Below, piece after piece: positions 1 to 8,178 of a stretch of DNA of 20,000 nt (the first letter of the stretch is position 1; each line of letters starts with the position of its first letter). The stretch is from the sequence record SRR2962707_3387; one strand, given 5' to 3'. Position numbers and translations under genes: made by a program. The notes below the pieces were generated by a model. It saw only the letters and a list, made by a program, of their open reading frames with translations, had not been told where the DNA came from and did not search any database.

Positions 1-3000
1 TGCGCCAATCTAACTCTGAGGAGTTTGAAAAAAGCCAGGTTTCAACGCCGACCGCTCCCGCAAGTTCGACAACAGTAGTAGCCGGACTAATAATCATATC
101 CATACAGGACATGAGAGCTGCCACACCGTCGAAATCGTTATACTGATCCAGGTCTTCAAAATTGATTAATCTGCCTGGATAATTATCCTCAACCCATTGC
201 AACTCTTCACTACAATCGTCATATTGCAAATTAACGAATTGAATACCATCAACCTCAAAAATAGGACGCAAGTCAGAAACATCCAGATAATGCTCGTTCC
301 TGCCTGCTGTTTGCACACTACTTCGCCAACTGATTCCAACCAATATATCTTTAGCACCCAACCTCTTTTTAAAGTTAGATATGCGCTCATCACACGGAAT
401 TAAATAGGGAACACCAGGAAAATCAATATAATCTGTTCGATAAGTAGCGAGTAAGTCAGTAACCAACACCGATGTTTCCGATCGAGTGATCGCAGAGACC
501 GCCTCGTTATTGACTATGCCTACGATGTCCGAACCTGGGACATTGGAGCAAGCATCCAAATCGATCACGTCACTGTGTCGAGGCTTTGGTGTACTAACAA
601 AAGAGATATAAGGAAATGATCTCTTGAACAAACTCTCCAATTTTGGAGAAACTGTTATAACGACCGGCGCACGGGAACCAAAATCTTTATAAATTTCCTC
701 ATAAATCGAAGAAAACCTTATCTCATCTCCTGGCCCAAATATCGATAACGCACAAATACCGCCTTTATCAGAGACAAGAACCTTATCGTTTTTCGAAAAG
801 TCCCAGAACTTATCGGGAAAATATTTGCACAATGCCGAACGGATTTCGAGTTCCCTAAACGTCTCATGTGCAAGCTTAATCATTCTATTCCCAAAGAAGA
901 GCTTACGCCTATGCATCTCTCCGACTTTAATTTTATTTGAGAGACAGAATTGATAAAGCTCAAGACTACGTTTATAGTCGCAGGCCTGAATATATAATCT
1001 GAAGGCTTCCGCAATATACATTTCTTTGGGCGCGACTTTGATCGCCGACTCGATCACTTCAACTGCATCATGAAGTCTACCGCGGTGCGATAGGACCTGA
1101 GAGTACAATACTCTTGAATGGTCACTGCGATCCCCGGAGAGAATGAGCTTTTGAATTTCGGTTTGAGCTCTTTCAAACAACCCCAATTCGATATAGTATT
1201 TTATTTTTCTAAAATTCAGATCTCGATCAAGGCGCCCTTGTGCAACAAGACATCTAAAAACATCTTCTGAATATTGAGCATCAGACAGTCCTTCAAGAGC
1301 AAATCTTATATTTACAATTTGATCAGGCTTATATAAAACGAACTTACTTAGCCAGCTCATATTAAGCAAGGATTTTTTAGCTAGACTTTTTCGAGACCTG
1401 AAATTAGACAAAATTGCATATCTATTGGACCCGTATGGATCAATACCATACATTATGTCAGACAAAAGTATCGCCGACTCATAGTCGAATTTATATATCG
1501 CGACCTGAATCAGAGACCTAATCGCTCCAACTACACTTTTACCACTGAGCAAGATTATTTCGGCTGTCTCTAGAGACTGATCAAATTGACGCACTTCTAT
1601 TGAATAATTAAGTGCATGCGCCATCGAATCAAGGTCACAGTCAATACCCAAACGATTATCTACATTTGAGCTAAGGTTCCGTGCAGCCTTAACTTTCTCC
1701 TCTATATACTTACGAACAAATGGAACCTTGTCGTTTCTAACAACCAGCCAATCAATATTATTTTGGATAGTCTTGTCGGCAACCCAACCGGAGCAAGTAA
1801 TCAGGATTTCATTATATAACTTTGGCTCAATATACTCCCTGACCCTCTTAAGAAAAAGATCAATCAAGCCTTCATCTTTCAATTGCCCAATACAAAAAAA
1901 GACTAGCGCCCTAACGCCAAGCTCGTTAGGATCGCAAGAAAAAACTCGCCCAAAATCAAAGCTCTTAACAAATTCAGAACGGGCATTTAAATCCTCTCTA
2001 TCCTGCATTAACAGCGCCGGCCAAAAATGAGTATTGACGAACTGCCGCCCCTCAGCGTTTTCCTTCCTACAAGAATCATAAAGGAGAACTTCTTGGTCTG
2101 CCGAAATCCTTGAGCAAGCAGCTAGTAAGCCATTCGCAGAATCATTTAGGTCTGCTAGATACTTGGGATAGAGCAAATATGAAGCAGCAAATAGCTCATC
2201 TAACGTCAACTGTCTGCCTCTGTGCGTTATTTCCGACCGGTCATCGGTTAACCCCCAGCCCGCATAGAAGGGTATGCCAACGACAGTAACCCCCTTACCT
2301 CGCAGCAAAAATTCGAAGCCGCTTAAAGAAGAAATAGTGTAACAATGATCAACACTTTCGACGAAATCGACGAAAGAGCTTGAAGGTGGGCAAATAGTTG
2401 CAAACTTTTCAACATGTCGTCTTTTAAGAGTGCTTTTCTGAAATCCACGATATACCTCCGGGTGCGGTCTATATATAATCTCTGCCCCAGGATTCTCGCT
2501 GTAAGCTAGTTTAATTAGATCAAAAGCTGTCCACTTTTTTGGATTTCCATACTTTATGGAAGCATCAGATTCTACTTGACCAAGAACCGCAATACGTTTT
2601 TTTATCTTTATATCACTACCAACAGTTATTGCAGGCGGATTATATTTGGAAAGTCTAGATCTAATTATAAACTCTTTTAACTCAACTGCTTGATCGAGCA
2701 AATTTGGATCCGATGAAAAGTCATACTCTAAGAGTATTTTTTCCAAATCTGATCCAGATCTCGGATCATAGTATATACCCGACGTATCAATCGCCAACGA
2801 GTATGGCGTAGAATGAGCAGCACCCAACTCGGCCGAGCGAATAAAGCCATCTTCAACACGCCAGACTTTGATTTTTTTTCTTTTTAATCTCTGCCGAAGG
2901 ACAGCGCTTTCAGTGTATCCCCAAATAGCAACTTGTTTTACTGGCTCGTCAAGTTCCGATATCATTTTAAATGCACGGTAACTAGATATTTTTCGAGGCG

Positions 3001-3343
3001 CAAACGCTACTCGATGCTCTGGGAAATAGTCTGCCAAGAACCCGTATTTCCAGTCATTACAACCAAAAAATGGAAGGATTGGTGCAGATGGTTTATCTCG
3101 CCAGTTTTCACCCACCAGGCAATAGCTATCCAAGAACTCCAAATCCGGTGCGACTATTTCTCGCACTTCCTCAACATAAGGATACGGGTGTTTAAGTGAA
3201 GAGGAAATTTTCTTTTTTTCTCGACCTATTACATTAGAAACATCGCGAATTTCCGAGGTAAGCATAAGACTTGCAGCGCGTTTTAGACGATCTCTTGTTC
3301 TTTTTCCACGAAATCTTGAAACTTTACGAAAAATATCAAACAT
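1..3343 (-). CDS. Large multidomain capsule glycosyltransferase, 3'-truncated by the window: N-terminal KpsC-like (beta-Kdo transferase) domain, helical/TPR-like region, C-terminal FlmG/FlbA-like GT-B domain
   Basis: Manual translation from ATG 3343 (MFDIFRKVSRFRGK...) stays open to the window edge (...AGAVGVETWLFSNSSELDWR). KpsC motifs: WRVEDGFIRSAELG, LAIDTSGIYYDPR, RLSKYN, LGQVESDASIKYG, IYRPHPEV, TISSLSGFEFLLRGK, GIPFYAGWGLTDDR. TPR-like segment: YYIELGLFERAQTEIQKL...LYSQVLSHRGRLHDAVEVIESAIKVAP. GT-B motifs: GPGDEIRFSS, SPKLESLFKRSFP, VGISWRS, FVNLQYDD, NDFDGVAALMSCMDMIISPATTVVELAGAVG. Confidence 0.85.
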   Translation of the reverse strand, partial: MFDIFRKVSRFRGKRTRDRLKRAASLMLTSEIRDVSNVIGREKKKISSSLKHPYPYVEEVREIVAPDLEFLDSYCLVGENWRDKPSAPILPFFGCNDWKYGFLADYFPEHRVAFAPRKISSYRAFKMISELDEPVKQVAIWGYTESAVLRQRLKRKKIKVWRVEDGFIRSAELGAAHSTPYSLAIDTSGIYYDPRSGSDLEKILLEYDFSSDPNLLDQAVELKEFIIRSRLSKYNPPAITVGSDIKIKKRIAVLGQVESDASIKYGNPKKWTAFDLIKLAYSENPGAEIIYRPHPEVYRGFQKSTLKRRHVEKFATICPPSSSFVDFVESVDHCYTISSLSGFEFLLRGKGVTVVGIPFYAGWGLTDDRSEITHRGRQLTLDELFAASYLLYPKYLADLNDSANGLLAACSRISADQEVLLYDSCRKENAEGRQFVNTHFWPALLMQDREDLNARSEFVKSFDFGRVFSCDPNELGVRALVFFCIGQLKDEGLIDLFLKRVREYIEPKLYNEILITCSGWVADKTIQNNIDWLVVRNDKVPFVRKYIEEKVKAARNLSSNVDNRLGIDCDLDSMAHALNYSIEVRQFDQSLETAEIILLSGKSVVGAIRSLIQVAIYKFDYESAILLSDIMYGIDPYGSNRYAILSNFRSRKSLAKKSLLNMSWLSKFVLYKPDQIVNIRFALEGLSDAQYSEDVFRCLVAQGRLDRDLNFRKIKYYIELGLFERAQTEIQKLILSGDRSDHSRVLYSQVLSHRGRLHDAVEVIESAIKVAPKEMYIAEAFRLYIQACDYKRSLELYQFCLSNKIKVGEMHRRKLFFGNRMIKLAHETFRELEIRSALCKYFPDKFWDFSKNDKVLVSDKGGICALSIFGPGDEIRFSSIYEEIYKDFGSRAPVVITVSPKLESLFKRSFPYISFVSTPKPRHSDVIDLDACSNVPGSDIVGIVNNEAVSAITRSETSVLVTDLLATYRTDYIDFPGVPYLIPCDERISNFKKRLGAKDILVGISWRSSVQTAGRNEHYLDVSDLRPIFEVDGIQFVNLQYDDCSEELQWVEDNYPGRLINFEDLDQYNDFDGVAALMSCMDMIISPATTVVELAGAVGVETWLFSNSSELDWR

Positions 3344-3349
3344 AATTCT

Positions 3350-4636
3350 TCATACACCCTTAAACTTGGACTTTTTCAGTCCAAATGAAGTCCGGCTTTC
3401 ATTAAAATTAATTCTTATAGAATACATAATTCTGGCATTAACTTTCAGCACATCAAACCTTTCTTCAGCCAATAACCTGCTTCTTTCGCCGAATCTAATT
3501 ATCGATTCTGGCTTTTCAATTAGATCTTTCATTGATTCAATCATTTCTTCGATTCTGTAAGGTGGCACCAAGTAACCATTTACACCATTTATTACGGTAG
3601 ACCTACACCCTGCAGTGTCCGTTGTTATTATTGCCCGCCCCATAGCCAATGCCTCTTGAGTACTTCTTGGGACTCCCTCCCGATAGTAACTAGGCAAAAC
3701 AAATACGCTACTTCTCGCAAGCCAAGGCCTTACATCTTTTACTGGCCCGGGATAGGTAATAATCCCGTCCTCCACAAGCTGCTCAAGCTGGGGCCGAGTG
3801 ATTGCCCCACGGTTATTATCTACAGCCCCTACAATGATGAATTCGGTATTGGGGTATAGCGGCTTTATAGCTTTTGCAGCCTCAATAAAGTATTCGATGC
3901 CTTTTTCTTTCAGCAAACGGCCGACAAAGATAAATCGTATTGGATCTGTGCTTGGTGGGGTGTAACAGTAGCGGTCCAGGTCTACTCCAATACCGTTAAT
4001 CACAACTGGCTCTGGCTTGCGCACACCAAAGCTGAGCAATGAACGCTTATCGTCTTCGTTAAGGACTATAATATGATTCGCCAAAGGCAAGGACATCCGA
4101 AACAGACACTTCATAACCCATGCCACGACCTTTTTCTTCCAACTTTGGCCATTGGGTCCTACGGTAAAAACGCGGCCTAGCCCCTCAATTTTGGCCACCC
4201 TTGTTGGAACCTTAGCGAGGTAGGCGGCAACGGTTCCATAGATGGCGGGCTTGGAAAAATAGCAATAGCTAAGATCAATTCGGTGGGCTCGAAACAATCG
4301 ATATAACTGGTAACCGGAAGCTAATTCTGCGAACGGATTAAGGCTGAATTGCCCCATACGGTAAGCCACTGGCGTCGCACCGATCTCCCTGATCTGTTGC
4401 GAACTCTGTTCCGTATAATCCGTTGCAAAGGCGAATACCTCGTGCCCCTGTTTGACAAGGTCTTTGATGAGTTCGCCCCGGAACCCGAGCATTGTCTCAG
4501 CCAGAGTACCAACAATCGCTATGCGTTTTGGTTCCGGCGTAGCCCTGAAGTGTGCAATGCCTATGGCGCTCTCCTTATTATCCCAACCGCCCGCCTTGCG
4601 CTCCGTTTCAACAACCGTCTCCAGCCTTGCACCCAT
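3350..4636 (-). CDS. Glycosyltransferase family 4 (GT-B; PglA/CapM-like); start uncertain
   Basis: FIFVGRLLKEKGI, VFVLPSYYREGVPRSTQEALAMGRAIITTD, NGYLVPP and FRGELIKDL motifs are typical of retaining GT4 enzymes. Confidence 0.9.
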   Translation of the reverse strand: MGARLETVVETERKAGGWDNKESAIGIAHFRATPEPKRIAIVGTLAETMLGFRGELIKDLVKQGHEVFAFATDYTEQSSQQIREIGATPVAYRMGQFSLNPFAELASGYQLYRLFRAHRIDLSYCYFSKPAIYGTVAAYLAKVPTRVAKIEGLGRVFTVGPNGQSWKKKVVAWVMKCLFRMSLPLANHIIVLNEDDKRSLLSFGVRKPEPVVINGIGVDLDRYCYTPPSTDPIRFIFVGRLLKEKGIEYFIEAAKAIKPLYPNTEFIIVGAVDNNRGAITRPQLEQLVEDGIITYPGPVKDVRPWLARSSVFVLPSYYREGVPRSTQEALAMGRAIITTDTAGCRSTVINGVNGYLVPPYRIEEMIESMKDLIEKPESIIRFGERSRLLAEERFDVLKVNARIMYSIRINFNESRTSFGLKKSKFKGV

Positions 4637-5646
4637 GATCGTTCCCTCACCTTCTGTCGCTGAATTTCATTCAACACTTGCTCAGGTGTTATGGGCATAC
4701 CTGATTCCAGGCTTACGTAGAATGGATACTGAATCAGGACTGCGTGCGCCAATTCTGATAAATGTAGTTCGCGATTACGCCGGCTGCTTACCTTATCCTC
4801 AGTAAGCCCCCAGCCTGCATAAAAGGGTAAACCGTAACAGGTTACCGGTTTGTGTCTGATTAACGCTTCGAAGCCGGCCAGCGAGGTGAGGGTGTGTACT
4901 TCATCAACCTGTTCCAACATTGGTCCAATGGCGGCGTTTATGACAATCTCATTGGCGTAATCAGACGCTGCCGCTTCGCCTTCTCCAACACGTCTGGCAC
5001 CGGCCACGACATCCGGGTGGGGCTTATAAACGATCCAAGCGGTTGGATTTTGTTGCCGTACTTGCTGCAGAAGGCCGAGGTTAGTTCGAATTTCCCCGCA
5101 ACCATATTCAATTGAGGCGTCCGTCTCTACCTGCCCCGGCACGAGGATAACCTTCTCTTTTCCCACTGGCGCTCGCCAATCGTCCCCGTTGAGATTATAT
5201 TTGCTAATGTTCCTGTTTCGGATGTCCTGGAGCAGCCGTTCGGCACGAGCTCTTTCACTATCCGTAAAATGATGGGAGGCAAGGAGTGTTTCCAGCCTTG
5301 ATTCACCTCGTGCACTGAAGTAAAGGTGCTCAAAGTCGGCGACCCAGGACAACGGCTGCTGAAACTCCGCGCCCAGCCCTACGGATCTAAGAAACCCGTC
5401 TTCCAACCGCACCAAAGTGATGTCCTGGCCCTCGCCAGGCATCAGGCGCTGCCCCCAAACAACGGCGACCTGGCGGTCTGGGACTTTCTCTACCCTATTA
5501 ACGTGGGTGATACTGGCCCCTTGCAGGAACCGGTGAAGCGCCGGCCGCCAGTGCCAATTAAAACCCACCGCGTAGACGTGGTTCGGGATATTGTATGCTT
5601 GGCAGAAATCGCTCCAGGTAAATGGAGCTTGCTCAGATAGCATCAA
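4561..5646 (-). CDS. kpsC: Single-domain KpsC-like beta-Kdo transferase (capsule glycolipid primer synthesis)
   Basis: Motifs RLEDGFLRSVGLG, ISKYN, VPGQVETDASI, YKPHPDV, TLTSLAGFEAL, PFYAGWGLT. At 361 aa it is about one of the two domains of E. coli KpsC. ATGA overlap with kpsE. Confidence 0.85.
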   Translation of the reverse strand: MMLSEQAPFTWSDFCQAYNIPNHVYAVGFNWHWRPALHRFLQGASITHVNRVEKVPDRQVAVVWGQRLMPGEGQDITLVRLEDGFLRSVGLGAEFQQPLSWVADFEHLYFSARGESRLETLLASHHFTDSERARAERLLQDIRNRNISKYNLNGDDWRAPVGKEKVILVPGQVETDASIEYGCGEIRTNLGLLQQVRQQNPTAWIVYKPHPDVVAGARRVGEGEAAASDYANEIVINAAIGPMLEQVDEVHTLTSLAGFEALIRHKPVTCYGLPFYAGWGLTEDKVSSRRNRELHLSELAHAVLIQYPFYVSLESGMPITPEQVLNEIQRQKVRERSWVQGWRRLLKRSARRAVGIIRRAP

Positions 5647-6728
5647 TCTCGGTGGTCCCTGATCACCGCAATCACAAGCTGTCCTATCGCGGCGAAAAGA
5701 AGGGCAAAAACCGTCACCACCGCTATATTGTATAAGCGTTCCGGTTTCTCTGGATACTGAGCCAGGGTGGGGTACTCTAAAATTGAGACCTGTTTGAGTT
5801 TACGGGCCGCTTCTACTCGAGTGCTTTCTAGGGAGGTCAGTGCGCTTGAGTAAAGATCCAAGGCAAATTTCGCTTTCAGCTGAAGAGTTTCATATTCCGC
5901 AGAAACCCGATTAAGAGCGTTTCCTCCAGTCGTAGCCAGCTTTGCTTTTTCAATTTCAATCTGTTGTGCCAGGGCGTCCGCCTCGGACTGCATTCGCCTA
6001 ACGGTAGGCGATTGACTACTTTGATAGGTTTTCTGTGACTTGATTTGTGCCCTCAACACCGCCAACTCGGCTTCCAAGCGAGAAACCGTTGAGAAAATTG
6101 CTTCAACAGTCTGGGTGGGGGCTACCAGTCCTTTTTCATTCTGATAGTGCAGCAAAGCTTCCCTTGCAGAAAGCAAACGTTCTTCAAGAGTCTGCACTTG
6201 TTTATCGATGAAGGCGACCTGCTCCTGTGCCAATCGCTGGCCCATCAAGTTCATGTGTCGCTCCCCCTCGTCAAGAAGGGCCTGTGTTATTGCTTGGGCA
6301 GTTTCTGGATCGTAAGCCTGAACCTCAATCCGTAACACTTTCGAATAATCATCGAACGTGATGGCCACGCGCTTATTCATATAGTCGTGAAAAGCTTCAA
6401 TTGGCACATCCGCAGACTCCAACCGGGACCACCGATCAATCTCAGGATTCGAGTAATGTTCTCTTAGATTCATACTTCCTTGCAGTTTTTGTAGCATCGA
6501 GACCGACTGCAAATGCTCCCTCAGAAGCAATAAATCCCCCGATCCCGATGTTCCTGACAGAATGGAAGATACGTTAAGGCCGCTGGGAATAATCTCAGAG
6601 CTCTGCAACACGATGTGGGCTCTTGATACATAGCGGTCTGAGGCCAGGAACCCCCAATAGACAACGACAGTAAGAATAACCAAACCAGCAACAATCCAGG
6701 TCGGATTACGCTTCAGAAATCGACTCAT
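5643..6728 (-). CDS. kpsE: Capsule export inner-membrane polysaccharide co-polymerase (KpsE/CtrB/BexC family)
   Basis: N- and C-terminal TM helices, ASDRYVS motif, long coiled-coil periplasmic region, P-rich YPTLAQYPEKPER before TM2; follows kpsT. Confidence 0.9.
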   Translation of the reverse strand: MSRFLKRNPTWIVAGLVILTVVVYWGFLASDRYVSRAHIVLQSSEIIPSGLNVSSILSGTSGSGDLLLLREHLQSVSMLQKLQGSMNLREHYSNPEIDRWSRLESADVPIEAFHDYMNKRVAITFDDYSKVLRIEVQAYDPETAQAITQALLDEGERHMNLMGQRLAQEQVAFIDKQVQTLEERLLSAREALLHYQNEKGLVAPTQTVEAIFSTVSRLEAELAVLRAQIKSQKTYQSSQSPTVRRMQSEADALAQQIEIEKAKLATTGGNALNRVSAEYETLQLKAKFALDLYSSALTSLESTRVEAARKLKQVSILEYPTLAQYPEKPERLYNIAVVTVFALLFAAIGQLVIAVIRDHRD

Positions 6729-7387
6729 TTACCAATGCTCTTGTGATAGCTTTTGATGGCTTCGTGCACGTCGTCGAACCAGACGGCTTCACCATCATTG
6801 ATCCATATTCCGGCCTGACACAGGTCTTTCAGAATACCGGTTTGATGAGACACCATGATCAAGCTGGACTTACCAACCCGATCATGGAATGCTTTTTTCG
6901 CTTTCTCTTTGAACGAAGCGTCACCTACGGCTGTCGCCTCATCTGAGATATAGACGTCAAAGTTGAACGCAAACGACAAACCAAATGCCAGACGGCTTTT
7001 CATACCAGAGGAATAGGTCTTCACTGGTTGGTCAAATGCCTTTCCAATCTCCGCAAACTCCTGAACCTGTTCAATGATCTCAGGGATGCGGTGCCCTCCG
7101 CCTTGCACTCGTGCTACAAACTTGACGTTCTGGCGGCCCGTCATGGAACCCTGCAAGCCTCCGCCAAGGCCTATCGGCCATGATATTCTGCAATTCTTTT
7201 CAACTGTCCCCCGGTCAGGAGTATCCATCCCACCGATGATTCTCAGCAGAGTAGATTTGCCTGCTCCGTTTTTACCAACGAGGCCAACACTTACGTTGCG
7301 GGGAATGGTGAAGCTGACGTCCCGAAGCACCCAATCTCCACCGAACGGACCGTGATATCGTTTGTATACATTCCGAACATCAATCAC
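6725..7387 (-). CDS. kpsT: Capsule ABC transporter ATP-binding protein
   Basis: Walker A GKNGAGKST, ISWPIG, signature YSSGM, YISDEATAVGD, VSH switch; 220 aa. Confidence 0.95.
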   Translation of the reverse strand: MIDVRNVYKRYHGPFGGDWVLRDVSFTIPRNVSVGLVGKNGAGKSTLLRIIGGMDTPDRGTVEKNCRISWPIGLGGGLQGSMTGRQNVKFVARVQGGGHRIPEIIEQVQEFAEIGKAFDQPVKTYSSGMKSRLAFGLSFAFNFDVYISDEATAVGDASFKEKAKKAFHDRVGKSSLIMVSHQTGILKDLCQAGIWINDGEAVWFDDVHEAIKSYHKSIGK

Positions 7388-8178
7388 TTGGCAATCAACC
7401 TGGCTTTAAACCGTATGTGCAATAGAAACCCGAGGGTAATACTCGTGGTTGTCCAGCCGAGAAGATAGACGTAGCTAACACCCTCAACAGCTCGATAGCC
7501 CTCAAAATAGGCGAGCCTGATGAGTTCCACTGCGTGAAGCATGGGGTTATACAGCAGGTATTTCTGGAGGTCGTGGGGAAAGTATTGAACGGGAATCATC
7601 ACCCCGGAAAGGAAATAGAGGGGAAACATGGCCATTTTGATAAACTTAGATGCCTCCTGCGCGGCGGTTACCACAGTAGAAAAGACCAAGGCAACGCCCA
7701 TTCCGAATGCAAAGACCGTAAACCACACAACCAGTGCTCCCAGCGGCCGACCTGGGGTCATGTCGTAACCCAGCAACTTCAAGCCCAAAAGCAACATCAA
7801 TACGACCAGGGAACTCAGGACTCCCTCCAAAGAACAGCGCACCAGAACCGTGTCTATGGGTAGCACCTGTCGATAGGCAAACAGGGCCTTATTGGCATTC
7901 ACCGCTTCCATACCCCGATTGACCTGATTGCGGAAAAGAATGAAGAGTGTGATACCGATAATAAGCCAAGGAATAAACTCGGCACCGGGTATCACCCTTA
8001 CCCGTCCCAGAAGCGTCCGTACCCAAACCAGCAAGGCAACATGAGCAATTGGCTCAGCCAGTAGCCACAGCCAGGCAATACGATCTGCACTCAGACGGGC
8101 TACCGCCTCACGAAGGAATAGCCCCTCCCAGACATTCAGAGTAATACGCAACGGTGTTCGGGTACCGAGTGTCGTCAC
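7384..8178 (-). CDS. kpsM: Capsule ABC transporter permease (ABC-2 type)
   Basis: LFLREA...WLLAEP, ANKALFAYRQV and YNPMLHAVELIR motifs, about six TM segments, adjacent to kpsT; GTG start overlaps the upstream stop. Confidence 0.93.
   Translation of the reverse strand: MTTLGTRTPLRITLNVWEGLFLREAVARLSADRIAWLWLLAEPIAHVALLVWVRTLLGRVRVIPGAEFIPWLIIGITLFILFRNQVNRGMEAVNANKALFAYRQVLPIDTVLVRCSLEGVLSSLVVLMLLLGLKLLGYDMTPGRPLGALVVWFTVFAFGMGVALVFSTVVTAAQEASKFIKMAMFPLYFLSGVMIPVQYFPHDLQKYLLYNPMLHAVELIRLAYFEGYRAVEGVSYVYLLGWTTTSITLGFLLHIRFKARLIAK

Noticed and set aside
2872-2879. A8 tract in the large ORF as a phase-variation site
   Set aside because: Expected from Lys codons in AT-rich DNA, and the frame is intact.
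166-3199. Short ORFs in the track (166-393, 197-403, 1728-2030, 2933-3199)
   Set aside because: They are shadow or alternative-frame ORFs over the large minus-strand gene and have no recognisable motifs.
8096-8107. Second ops-like sequence GGCGGTAGCCCG in kpsM
   Set aside because: It deviates at the conserved TG and is explained by E-A-V-A-R codons; probably chance.
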